Program-made: the position numbers and the translations under genes
Shown here: positions 44,921 to 53,568 of the stretch, piece after piece
Layout: every line of letters starts with the position of its first letter
Position numbering within the stretch: position 1 is the stretch's first letter
Notes under the pieces: model-generated
Databases searched by the model: none
Told to the model about the DNA's origin: nothing
The model's input: only the letters and a program-made list of their open reading frames with translations
From: Clostridia bacterium
GTDB taxonomy: Bacteria > Bacillota > Clostridia > Oscillospirales > CAG-272
Direction: 5' to 3'
DNA length: 64,000 nucleotides
Assembly: GCA_017935065.1 (NCBI GenBank)
Contig: JAGBIF010000010.1
Span: 8,082 to 72,081, forward strand

Positions 44921-46294
44921 TTATTCAATATAAACGGTTTTGCCGAAGGTCGGCTTTACCTCTTTGTCATAGGCTATTACCCAAAGCACGGGTATATTGT
45001 CCGCCAGCCTCTCGTCGGGGAAGGGGGCATAGCCGTCCGTAAGGATGATTATGCTCTTCGGGGGATTGTCGCTCATCTTCTTTTTTACATATTCAAAGAT
45101 GATATCAAATCTCGTACCGCCGCCGCCCTTGGGCCTGATTGCCTTAAGGCTCTCTACCGAGTCGAAGGGCACGGGCGGAACCACCACGCCGTCAAAAAAT
45201 CCGAGAAGCCCCGCAAGCTTTCCGTCAAACATATCAATAGCGCCCTTGATTTCGGAAAAGCAATCGGTGATAAGTGCGTCCGACATAGAGCCCGAGGTAT
45301 CTATCATAAACAGGATGTTTTCAACCCTTTCCTCGGTATCGTTGTAGTCGGGAAGATAAAAGCCCGTACCGTCAAAGCGCCTGTCGGGGGGCGAGAAGGA
45401 ATAATCGCATATCTCGGTATCAATGAACTCGTTAAGAATGCTCCTCCAGTCGCATCTGGGGTTTTTCAGCTCGTCAAGGTATCTTTCAACCGCAAGCGGA
45501 ACGAGACCTCTTGATTTTGTCGGGTCCATAATGCGGATTGCCGCTTCCGCGTTTGCTACTCTCGAGACAAGCTTATCCTGAAGAAGCTCGTCCTTTGAGG
45601 TGCCCCACCTTTCGTGGTTGTCCCAGGTGTCACCGAGCGCACCCTTGCTGTGTCCGCCGCCCGCACCCTGATTTTTACCGCCCTTTGCGCCTTTACCCTT
45701 GCCCGAGCCACCGCTTTCACCGTCTTTGTCCTCGTCGCCGTCACCCGAGCCACTGCCCGAGCCGCTGCCTGTTGCCGAGCCCTTGCCTTGAGCCCCGCCC
45801 TTTGCGCCGCCTTGCTTTTTTGCCTTGTCAAGAAGCATAGCGTAGACCTGTTCGGCGGTAAATTCATAGCCCTCCTTACCGTCGGGGGTAAGGTGCATAG
45901 ACTCGCCGAAGCGCTTTAGTGTGATGCTATCCTTATTCATACCGTTTGCCTTAAGTATGTTGGAGTTCACCACGATATCGCAGGCAATATTGAAGATATA
46001 CTGATCGTAATCGGTTCCTCGCGTGCAATGCTGAAGTGCCGCGTGAAGCGTCTCGTGCATAAGGATGAAATCAACCTCACTGTCCGAGAGCGAATCGAGA
46101 AAGCTCGGTGAGAACATTATCCTCTCGCCGTCGGTCGCGGCAGTTTCTATGTCCTCGTTTATCGAGAAATCCATCTGCATAAGCAGCATACCGAAGAAGG
46201 GGTGAGTGTTAAGCACGCGCATTCTCGACAGAAGCACCCGCCTCGCGTACTCGCGACGCTTTTCATCGGTAAGGGAGGATTTTGTATCCGTCAT
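44921..46294 (-). CDS. zincin-like metallopeptidase (HExxH) fused to a vWA domain (DUF2201_N + DUF2201-like)
   Basis: 457 aa. HETLH lies at residues 80-84 in the context FILMHETLHAALQHC. Residues 158-218 form a G/S/K/D low-complexity linker. The vWA MIDAS motif is ILFMIDTSGSMS. A 4-nt ATGA overlap links it to the upstream ATPase gene. Confidence 0.75.
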   Translation of the reverse strand: MTDTKSSLTDEKRREYARRVLLSRMRVLNTHPFFGMLLMQMDFSINEDIETAATDGERIMFSPSFLDSLSDSEVDFILMHETLHAALQHCTRGTDYDQYIFNIACDIVVNSNILKANGMNKDSITLKRFGESMHLTPDGKEGYEFTAEQVYAMLLDKAKKQGGAKGGAQGKGSATGSGSGSGSGDGDEDKDGESGGSGKGKGAKGGKNQGAGGGHSKGALGDTWDNHERWGTSKDELLQDKLVSRVANAEAAIRIMDPTKSRGLVPLAVERYLDELKNPRCDWRSILNEFIDTEICDYSFSPPDRRFDGTGFYLPDYNDTEERVENILFMIDTSGSMSDALITDCFSEIKGAIDMFDGKLAGLLGFFDGVVVPPVPFDSVESLKAIRPKGGGGTRFDIIFEYVKKKMSDNPPKSIIILTDGYAPFPDERLADNIPVLWVIAYDKEVKPTFGKTVYIE

Positions 46295-47394
46295 AGGTAT
46301 TTACCTGCCTTTGAGAGCCACTTGGCAAATGCGGGGATTTTCATAAGCTTGAGCTTATAGCCGTCCTCAAGATACATATAGTTCTTCATAAGAACGGCGG
46401 AAAAGTCTGGCGGCATCTTGAACGCGTAATCAATGCTTGATGCGATTTTTGTCAAGTTATCCTTACATTTTCTCGCATATTCTGTCATAGAGGAAACGAG
46501 AGCGTACAGCACATCTGCCGTCTTTGGTATATCGTTGCATCTGCCCGAGAAGATGTCGTCAAGCGAGGGGAGCCTTCTGTATACGTCGCAGTAGCTCTTG
46601 AATTCTATTGCCGTGCCTATTCCGACAAGACCGCATATCGCGTGGTAGACCGAGCTTACGTCATCACCCGCAACGAGAATGAGATTTGATACCATTTCCC
46701 AGGAACGGGGGGTTGCGTAGGCGAGGTCGTCCGCCCTCGTTTCGTTTAAGAACAGGTCGCGCCTGAAGGATAGGAAGCCCGTTACCTTCGAGCTTATTCC
46801 GCGCTTGACCGCCCACTTCATCCAGGAGTCAAAATCCGCGCATATCTCAAAGTGCATAAGACGGTTTGCCAGCGCCCTCGGCATCTTGTAGGCTACCGAC
46901 TTATCGGTGATGCGGTTGCCTGCCGCGATAACTATGCAGTTCTCGGGAAGCTTATGCTCGCCGATAACTCTGTCGAGGGTGATCTGGTATGCCGCCGCCT
47001 GCACCGACTGTGGTGCCGCCGATATCTCGTCAAGAAAGAGAATATTGACGACCTCTGCCGACTCGTCCATTTTGAAAATCTGAGGCTTTAACCATACGGC
47101 AAGGGTTTTGTCCTCGTTTGCCGTAGGTATACCGCGAAGGTCTATGGGGTTGAAAAGAAGAAGCCTTACATCGGTTACGTGTACCGACTTGCCCGTTCCT
47201 TTCTCTATTTTCTCGGCTATCTGGCGCACGCCCTGAGATTTACCCACACCTGGCGCGCCCCACATCATAACCGAGGGCACGGTTTTTACAGGAATGCCCG
47301 CGTTGATTACCTTTATATAAATATCCGAAAGCGTGTCGACCGTCTTGCCGACCGAAAGGGTCGGTATGTTGCTCTGTGTGTTGTTTGTTGCCAT
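46291..47394 (-). CDS. MoxR-type (AAA_5) AAA+ ATPase
   Basis: 367 aa. Walker A MMWGAPGVGKSQ, Walker B NILFLDEISAA, then IAAGNRITDKS...PRALANRL. The start lies 3 nt after the SNF2 stop. Confidence 0.8.
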   Translation of the reverse strand: MATNNTQSNIPTLSVGKTVDTLSDIYIKVINAGIPVKTVPSVMMWGAPGVGKSQGVRQIAEKIEKGTGKSVHVTDVRLLLFNPIDLRGIPTANEDKTLAVWLKPQIFKMDESAEVVNILFLDEISAAPQSVQAAAYQITLDRVIGEHKLPENCIVIAAGNRITDKSVAYKMPRALANRLMHFEICADFDSWMKWAVKRGISSKVTGFLSFRRDLFLNETRADDLAYATPRSWEMVSNLILVAGDDVSSVYHAICGLVGIGTAIEFKSYCDVYRRLPSLDDIFSGRCNDIPKTADVLYALVSSMTEYARKCKDNLTKIASSIDYAFKMPPDFSAVLMKNYMYLEDGYKLKLMKIPAFAKWLSKAGKYL

Positions 47395-47397
47395 ATC

Positions 47398-50300
47398 TTA
47401 TTTCACTCCCAGCTTTTGGTCAAGCTCTGTAAGCCTTGCCTTGTAGTATTCTATTCTTTCCTGATAATTGTTGGATTTCTTAAGCTCGCTCTTGATACCG
47501 CGCTCTCTTCGTTTAAGCTCGGCATCTGCCGCCTTAAGCATCTCAAGATGCTTTGGGAGCGAATCAAGCTTGTTGTCGATACGGATTATAATACCCTTGT
47601 CGCTCTCGCCAAGCTCAAGGAAGTATCTTCCGTCGCGCACGAGGAATATATAGGGTGCCGAGCGCATCATACCCGCGGGGATAACGATATCAAAGCCGCG
47701 GTAGCAGGTAACGGTGCGTTCCTCGGTGAGAAGCTCGCCGTCCCTCAGCGCCTCGGATATAATATCGCGAAACCCGTTCTTCTCTTCCTTTGTAAGGCTG
47801 TCCTCGCCCTCGGCGGTAAGATACTCAAGGTCGTGCTCGCAGGCGGCAATAAGCCTTGCCTGACGCGCCTTCTTCTGGGGGATCGAGGCAAGCTCGCCCG
47901 AGAGCGACTCGCGTTCCTCGGCATCCCTCGACATAAGAAGCTTGAACTTCGTGAGCATATTCGCGCACTCTATTCTTTCCTTGATAAGAGGATTTCCGAT
48001 AGCGAGAGCCTTGATCTCGCCGTAATTCAGCGACATCTCACCTACGTCCTCAGCCGACCTGTCGGTGACGAAGCCCGAGAGTATATCCTCAATAAAGCGT
48101 TGCTTGGTCTCGAGCAGCTGCCAGGAGTAGGCGTCAAACGAGCCCTCGGTCACATAGCGGTAGATCTCAACGCTCGGGCAGGTGTTTCCCTGGCGGAGAA
48201 TTCGTCCCTCGCGCTGGGTGACGTCACTTGGGCGCCACGGAAGATCTATGTGGTGCATAGCCACAAGACGCTCCTGAACGTTGACACCCATACCTACCTT
48301 GAAGGTAGAGCCGATGAGTACCCTTATCTCGCCCTTGTTTACCCTCGCGAAGAGCTTCGTCCTCTGAGTGTCGGTGGTTGCGTTGTGAACGTATTCGATT
48401 TCCTCGTTCTTAACGCCCATAATAACGAGAAGCGAGCGAAGCTCGTCATAGACGTTAAAGCCCGCCTTGGGGGTTGAGGTATCGCAGAAAATCAGCTGTG
48501 CGCACCGCTCGCTCTCGGTCCTGAAATAGACGTCGGCAACGCGCTCGGCACACTTGTAGACCTTAGAGGAGGTGCTGAAGCATACGCTCGGGCGCACGAG
48601 ACGGATATCGAGCGCCGCCTTACGCCCGTCGGTGGTGATAAGCAGAAGATTGTCCTGCTTCCTCGGCACCTGGTGACGTCTTACCATATCCGCGCGCTTT
48701 GATATATCCTCAAGATACATAGCGAAATCGGCGGTTTTAGGCACAAGCACGTCGGTGTAGCCCGAGAACTCGGGTATCTCGTTGGTCTTGTCCACCTTGT
48801 GGAAATCTGTCACCGAGGCGAATATCGCGGTAAGCTCGGGGAGGTTATTGAAGCGCGAGAGCCTCGTCGCCATACGGAAGCTTGAGGTATCCACGTCAAT
48901 CTCAAACTCGGTCTGCTTCTCGGCAAACATACCTACCCAGGAGTCAAACGCGCCAAGCTCAAGCAGCTCAAGCTCGCCGTGCTGAAGGTATCTCTGCATC
49001 GTAAAGACATCGCTTACCGAGTTGGTAATGGGCGTACCCGTTGCGAATATCACCCCGCGGCCGCCGTTGCTTCGCTGCACGCAATGCACCTTCTTGAGCA
49101 TATTCTCGCACTTCGAGGAGTAGGTCTCGCTGACACCGAGAATTTGCATCTTGGTCTCAAGCTTGATATTCTTGTAGTTGTGCGCCTCGTCAAGAAACAG
49201 AGTGCCGATGCCGAGGTCCTCAAAGTAAATACCGCAGTCGTCCTCGCTCTCGCCGTCCTCGCCCTCACTCTTTCCGTCACCGATAAGTCCCGCGGGCTTC
49301 GGTGCCTCGAGCATAGGTAGGGTGCTCTCGCCCTTTGCCTTTTTCAGGGCTTCCTCAAGCGTGTGCTGACGGCGCTTAAGCGCGGAGGTAACCCGCTTGG
49401 GATCGTCAAGCGCCTTGTCTATCTCGGCCTTCTTTTCCTCAAGCTCGCTTATAAGGTAGTCGCGCGACAGGGGAATTCTGTCAAAGCAGGAGTAGGGGAT
49501 TATGATAGCCTCGAAGTCACCGTCACGCATAAGACGAAGAGCTTCATCACGGCGCTTTGGGGTGAACATAGCGGGTGTTACTGTGAGAAGCTTCGCATCG
49601 GGATAAAGCTCGTGATAGGAGTCGGTCCACTGCCCTGTAAGCGAGTTCGGGACTACATAGACATTCTTTTTTGATACCCCCATACGGCGAAGCTCGTGTC
49701 CTGCCGCAACCATAATATAGGTCTTACCCGCACCGACGTCGTGTGCAAGCAGGGTATTTTTAGAAAAGAGTATTCTCGCTATCGCGTTCTTCTGATAGGT
49801 GTAAAGCGAGATGCGCGGGTTAATATCGGGGAGCGCTAAAAACGCGCCGCTATACTGTCTTGCGACGACACACCCGTACCTCTCGTTGTATATTTTCTCA
49901 ATAGCGGACTTTCTCTTAGGCGAGTCAAATATCCACTTCGCGAATTCCTCGAGAATGAGCTTCTGCTTTTCCTGTGCCAGCACCGACTCGGTCTCGTTAA
50001 GAGTGCGCGTGGTCTTGGTCTTACCGCCAACGCGGGTGGTATTCGTATCGTAGACGGTGCATATTCTTTGATTGAGGGTGCGCTCGATTATCTCAAGCGC
50101 GTTCATAAACCGCGTGCCAAAGGTAAAGCAAGAGAGCGTTCTGCTCTTACCGTAGTCGTATCTTGACTTAAGCGGTATTTCCCACGAGCCCGTCGCAAGG
50201 TCGTGCTTCGTGCGCAGATAATCCTTTGAGTAGTAGCTTGCGTGGGCTGCCTTACCGAGAAGATGCGCGATAAACTGGTCAATTATCTCGGCGGGAAGCC

Positions 50301-50742
50301 AGGGTGAGCCTATCGTAACGTATATCTCATCCGAGTGCATCTTTTTAGGAAGCACCTTCTTGAGTGCCGTGATGTTTCTCTCGAAGTAGCCGCCGTGCTT
50401 TTCGTTTGCTTCCTTTGCCGCCCTCAGCTTTTCAAGGATGTTGCCCGAGAGATACTCGTCAGCGCTCTCATAGCCGAGGTAGTAGCATTCTTCCCACTTA
50501 AGAGGGTTTTGATAGATTGCCCCGCTTCCCTCAAGGGCGGAGATAACCGTTCTCATATCCTCACCGCAAAGCCTGCTGATATATTCAATATCAACCGAGG
50601 CGTAGCGGTTAAGACACGCGATAAAGGCATCCTCGATGCTCATACTGCCCTCGGTGGCACCCCCGTCCTCGGGGGCATTGCCAAACGCCTCGTCCCAGTC
50701 AAGCGAAAGAAGCTCGTCGTCGTCTGTAAATCTTCGGGTCAT
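47398..50742 (-). CDS. SNF2-family superfamily-2 helicase/translocase with long N- and C-terminal extensions
   Basis: 1114 aa. Motif I is HDVGAGKTY, motif II is LDEAHNYKN, motif III is ATGTPITNS and motif VI is QREGRILRQGN. The ~330-aa N-terminal region (...IYQNPLKWEECYYLGYESADEYLSGNILEKL...GSPWLP) and the coiled-coil C-terminus resemble the helicase half of large methylase-helicase proteins of conjugative elements, as I recall them. I found no NPPY/DPPY methyltransferase motif. Confidence 0.85.
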   Translation of the reverse strand: MTRRFTDDDELLSLDWDEAFGNAPEDGGATEGSMSIEDAFIACLNRYASVDIEYISRLCGEDMRTVISALEGSGAIYQNPLKWEECYYLGYESADEYLSGNILEKLRAAKEANEKHGGYFERNITALKKVLPKKMHSDEIYVTIGSPWLPAEIIDQFIAHLLGKAAHASYYSKDYLRTKHDLATGSWEIPLKSRYDYGKSRTLSCFTFGTRFMNALEIIERTLNQRICTVYDTNTTRVGGKTKTTRTLNETESVLAQEKQKLILEEFAKWIFDSPKRKSAIEKIYNERYGCVVARQYSGAFLALPDINPRISLYTYQKNAIARILFSKNTLLAHDVGAGKTYIMVAAGHELRRMGVSKKNVYVVPNSLTGQWTDSYHELYPDAKLLTVTPAMFTPKRRDEALRLMRDGDFEAIIIPYSCFDRIPLSRDYLISELEEKKAEIDKALDDPKRVTSALKRRQHTLEEALKKAKGESTLPMLEAPKPAGLIGDGKSEGEDGESEDDCGIYFEDLGIGTLFLDEAHNYKNIKLETKMQILGVSETYSSKCENMLKKVHCVQRSNGGRGVIFATGTPITNSVSDVFTMQRYLQHGELELLELGAFDSWVGMFAEKQTEFEIDVDTSSFRMATRLSRFNNLPELTAIFASVTDFHKVDKTNEIPEFSGYTDVLVPKTADFAMYLEDISKRADMVRRHQVPRKQDNLLLITTDGRKAALDIRLVRPSVCFSTSSKVYKCAERVADVYFRTESERCAQLIFCDTSTPKAGFNVYDELRSLLVIMGVKNEEIEYVHNATTDTQRTKLFARVNKGEIRVLIGSTFKVGMGVNVQERLVAMHHIDLPWRPSDVTQREGRILRQGNTCPSVEIYRYVTEGSFDAYSWQLLETKQRFIEDILSGFVTDRSAEDVGEMSLNYGEIKALAIGNPLIKERIECANMLTKFKLLMSRDAEERESLSGELASIPQKKARQARLIAACEHDLEYLTAEGEDSLTKEEKNGFRDIISEALRDGELLTEERTVTCYRGFDIVIPAGMMRSAPYIFLVRDGRYFLELGESDKGIIIRIDNKLDSLPKHLEMLKAADAELKRRERGIKSELKKSNNYQERIEYYKARLTELDQKLGVK

Positions 50743-50843
50743 CCAAATTTTCCTTTCATATTATTAATTTCGCGTGCGTAGATATATTATAAAGCACCCT
50801 TTGTGTAATAAAACGGACACACGCGTTTTTCAGATGGGAGAAT

Positions 50844-50872
50844 AGTATAACACAGAGAATAGGTATTGTCAA
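50844..50872 (-). promoter_or_regulatory. sigma-70-type promoter TTGACA-17-TATACT of the SNF2 - MoxR - vWA operon
   Basis: The minus strand reads ttgacaatacctattctctgtgttatact, about 100 nt upstream of ATG 50742. Confidence 0.65.
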
Positions 50873-51055
50873 GGCACTTTTGGCTCATTTTCTGATACAA
50901 TAAAACAGCGCGCCCGCAGGATTTGCAGGTCTATCGTTTTTTGATACAGAGACACAGGATTTTTAACCCTGGGGCAAGAGCCCTGCCTGCCCCAAGGGGG
51001 TGTGTGAGTATGTATGGGGCATATAAAAAACTTTTGATTTTTTTAGGAAAAGCGC

Positions 51056-51084
51056 TTGACAAATTTTTACTTTGGGTATATAAT
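51056..51084 (+). promoter_or_regulatory. sigma-70-type promoter TTGACA-17-TATAAT of feoA
   Basis: ttgacaaatttttactttgggtatataat. Confidence 0.7.
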
Positions 51085-51094
51085 GCTTATCGTA

Positions 51095-51110
51095 GTTAGC
51101 GGGTGCTAAC
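51095..51110. promoter_or_regulatory. GTTAGC-N4-GCTAAC palindrome, copy 1 (just downstream of the feo -10)
   Basis: aGTTAGCgggtGCTAACt. Confidence 0.6.
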
Positions 51111-51141
51111 TCAAAAAATGATAGGATAAGGGAGACACGAA

Positions 51142-51357
51142 ATGACTCTTCGTGACTGTGAGGTTGGAATAGAATATACCGTTTCTGCCGTCAGTACGGA
51201 CGACGCGGAGCTTGAGTCCTTCCTTTTCTCGCTCGGCCTTTATACGGGTGAGCCTATTACCGTCATCTCGCGTAAGCGTGGCGTATCCACCGTGTCTATC
51301 AAGGACGGCAGATATTCGATAGATAACGCGCTTGCCGAGGCAATTTCGGTAAAGTAA
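51142..51357 (+). CDS. feoA: ferrous iron transport protein A
   Basis: 71 aa with an SH3-like FeoA pattern (LGLYTGEPITVISR...V.I.DGRYSID). It lies upstream of feoB. Confidence 0.85.
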   Translation: MTLRDCEVGIEYTVSAVSTDDAELESFLFSLGLYTGEPITVISRKRGVSTVSIKDGRYSIDNALAEAISVK

Positions 51358-51366
51358 ATAAAAAGC

Positions 51367-51388
51367 AGTGCCTCGGCACTCGTTTTTT
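51367..51388 (+). terminator. weak terminator or attenuator between feoA and feoB
   Basis: agtgcc-tc-ggcact followed by CG and T6. Confidence 0.45.
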
Positions 51389-51399
51389 GTGTCCTGTGA

Positions 51400-51415
51400 G
51401 TTAGCAGAGGCTAAC
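51400..51415. promoter_or_regulatory. GTTAGC-N4-GCTAAC palindrome, copy 2
   Basis: gaGTTAGCagagGCTAACcctcggcgaaat. Confidence 0.6.
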
Positions 51416-51443
51416 CCTCGGCGAAATTTATTTTGCCCTTGAG

Positions 51444-51459
51444 GTTAGCAAATGCTAAC
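51444..51459. promoter_or_regulatory. GTTAGC-N4-GCTAAC palindrome, copy 3
   Basis: gagGTTAGCaaatGCTAACcctcggcaaat. Copies 2 and 3 form a ~44-bp tandem unit. Confidence 0.6.
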
Positions 51460-51512
51460 CCTCGGCAAATCCAAGCGTTATTTAATTTTTTATTACATAA
51501 AGGAGAAACGCA

Positions 51513-53546
51513 ATGAGAATTGCACTTGCGGGCAACCCGAACTCGGGAAAGACCACTATGTACAATGCCTTGACGGGCAGAAACGAGAAGGTCGGAAACT
51601 GGGCGGGCGTTACCGTAGACAAAAGAGAGAGCCACATCAGGGGGCGCTTTTACCGCGGGGAGGGCGAGCTTATCGCAGTAGACCTTCCTGGTGCCTACTC
51701 TATGTCGGCATTCACCTCGGAGGAGAGCGTTACAAGCGACTATGTTAGAAACGCAAGACCCGACGCGATAATAAACATAGTTGACGCGACTAACCTCTCG
51801 CGCAGTCTGTTCTTCACCACAGAGCTTCTTGAGCTTGGTATTCCCGTGGTAGTCGCGCTCAATAAGACCGATGCCAACGAGAAGAAGGAAAACCACATTG
51901 ATGCTACACTTTTGTCAAAGAAGCTCGGCTGTCCCGTAATTGAGACCGTATCCACCTCAAAGCGCGGACTTAAGGATGTAATTACGGCGGCAATGGGGGC
52001 AATAGGTAAGGGACAGGTAGCGCCCTATACCGATGCCACATCCCCCACCGATAAGGAGTCGGCAGAGGCGTGCGACCGCGCAAGATATGAGTTCGTAAAT
52101 GCCATTGTCCGCGAGGTTGAGGTCCGTAAGGTGCTTACCAAGAACCGCAACTTCCAGGATAAGGTAGACGATATCCTTACCAACAAGTGGTTCGGTATTC
52201 CGATTTTCGCGGGAATTATGTTTCTCGTATTCCTTATCTCGCAGTGGGAATTCGGTCCTGGCGTGCTTCTTGCCGACCTGCTTGTAGGCTGGCTTGAGGC
52301 AGGACAGGAGGCGCTTGCGGGCGCTATAAATTCGGATAGCATCTGGGCATCAATTCTCATTGACGGTATTATCGGCGGATTTATAGCCATAGTAGGATTT
52401 TTACCGCTGGTTTGCGTAATGTACTTCCTCATTGCGCTTCTTGAGGACTGCGGATATATGGCAAGAGCAACCGTCGTTCTCGACCCTATATTCAAGAAGG
52501 TCGGTCTCTCGGGTAAGAGCGTTATTCCCTTCATAATCGGCACGGGCTGTGCAATTCCTGGTGTTATGGCGGCGCGCACCATCCGTGACGAGAGAGAAAG
52601 ACGCACCACCGCAATGCTCGCGCCCTTTATGCCTTGTGGAGCAAAGCTTCCCGTTATCGCGCTCTTTGCGGGCGTGTTCTTCGGTGACGGTGCTTGGGTA
52701 GGCGCTATGATGTACTTCGTCGGTATCCTCATTATTCTGCTTGCCGCACTTCTTGTAAACGCGATAAACGGCACTCACAAAAAGAAGTCCTACTTCATTA
52801 TGGAGCTTCCCGAGTACAAGGCACCCTCGGTTGTAAAGTCGCTTAAGACCATGGCAGACAGAGGCTGGGCGTTCATCGTCAAGGCGGGAACTATTATCCT
52901 TGTATGTAACTTCGCAGTGCACGTAATGCAGAACTTCGGCTGGAGCCTGCAGGTGGTAGAGAACGCGGACGAGAGCATTCTCGCAACCATCGCAGCCCCC
53001 TTCGCATACCTCTTCGCGCCTGTTATCGGCTATGTATCCTGGCAGCTTGCCGCCGCGACGATCACAGGCTTCATCGCAAAGGAAAACGTAGTAGGAACTC
53101 TCGCGGTATGCTTCGGAATTACAAACCTTATCAACCCCGACGAGCTTGTTATTGAGGGCGGCGCGCAGGTGAGTGAGATAGCGCAGGCATTCGGCATGGG
53201 TAGCGGAGGTGCTATGATAGCCGCAACGGCACTCGCCTTTCTCTGCTTCAACCTCTTTACACCCCCTTGCTTCGCGGCAATAGGTGCTATGAATTCAGAG
53301 ATAAAGAGCAAGAAGTGGCTCTTCGCGGGAATAGGACTTCAGTTCTCGGTAGGCTATACGATAGGCTTCTTGATCAACTTCTTCGGCTCGCTCTTCACGG
53401 TAGGACTTAAGGGTGATGCGTGGACATATATCGTAGGCTGGGCAATAGTGCTTGCGATAGTTGCGCTTTACACCGTAATTATCATAAAGAGAAATAAGCA
53501 GGACAGAGAGCCGAATACCCCAACTCTTGAGGCTGTAAATGTCTAA
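51513..53546 (+). CDS. feoB: ferrous iron transporter B
   Basis: 677 aa. The N-terminal G-domain has GNPNSGKTT, DLPG and NKTD. A polytopic permease domain follows. Confidence 0.95.
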   Translation: MRIALAGNPNSGKTTMYNALTGRNEKVGNWAGVTVDKRESHIRGRFYRGEGELIAVDLPGAYSMSAFTSEESVTSDYVRNARPDAIINIVDATNLSRSLFFTTELLELGIPVVVALNKTDANEKKENHIDATLLSKKLGCPVIETVSTSKRGLKDVITAAMGAIGKGQVAPYTDATSPTDKESAEACDRARYEFVNAIVREVEVRKVLTKNRNFQDKVDDILTNKWFGIPIFAGIMFLVFLISQWEFGPGVLLADLLVGWLEAGQEALAGAINSDSIWASILIDGIIGGFIAIVGFLPLVCVMYFLIALLEDCGYMARATVVLDPIFKKVGLSGKSVIPFIIGTGCAIPGVMAARTIRDERERRTTAMLAPFMPCGAKLPVIALFAGVFFGDGAWVGAMMYFVGILIILLAALLVNAINGTHKKKSYFIMELPEYKAPSVVKSLKTMADRGWAFIVKAGTIILVCNFAVHVMQNFGWSLQVVENADESILATIAAPFAYLFAPVIGYVSWQLAAATITGFIAKENVVGTLAVCFGITNLINPDELVIEGGAQVSEIAQAFGMGSGGAMIAATALAFLCFNLFTPPCFAAIGAMNSEIKSKKWLFAGIGLQFSVGYTIGFLINFFGSLFTVGLKGDAWTYIVGWAIVLAIVALYTVIIIKRNKQDREPNTPTLEAVNV

Positions 53547-53568
53547 AATGACAACGGAGGCTTACATT

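Noticed and set aside
47179-48477. 432-aa plus-strand ORF spanning the MoxR/SNF2 junction
   Set aside because: It is an antisense shadow of two motif-rich genes. It has no RBS, and its composition is typical of a reverse frame in GC-rich coding DNA.
44921-50742. Assigning the SNF2 operon to DISARM, BREX, Zorya or Druantia
   Set aside because: The partner genes that define those systems are absent from the operon and its flanks. These are the methyltransferase, DUF1998, PLD nuclease, PglZ, ZorAB and DruA-D.
51040-51141. Fur box at the feo promoter
   Set aside because: I looked for a GATAATGATAATCATTATC-like 19-mer or a 7-1-7 TGATAAT-n-ATTATCA. Only weak partial matches (aatgcttatc) are present, and the GTTAGC-N4-GCTAAC palindromes are the clearer signal.
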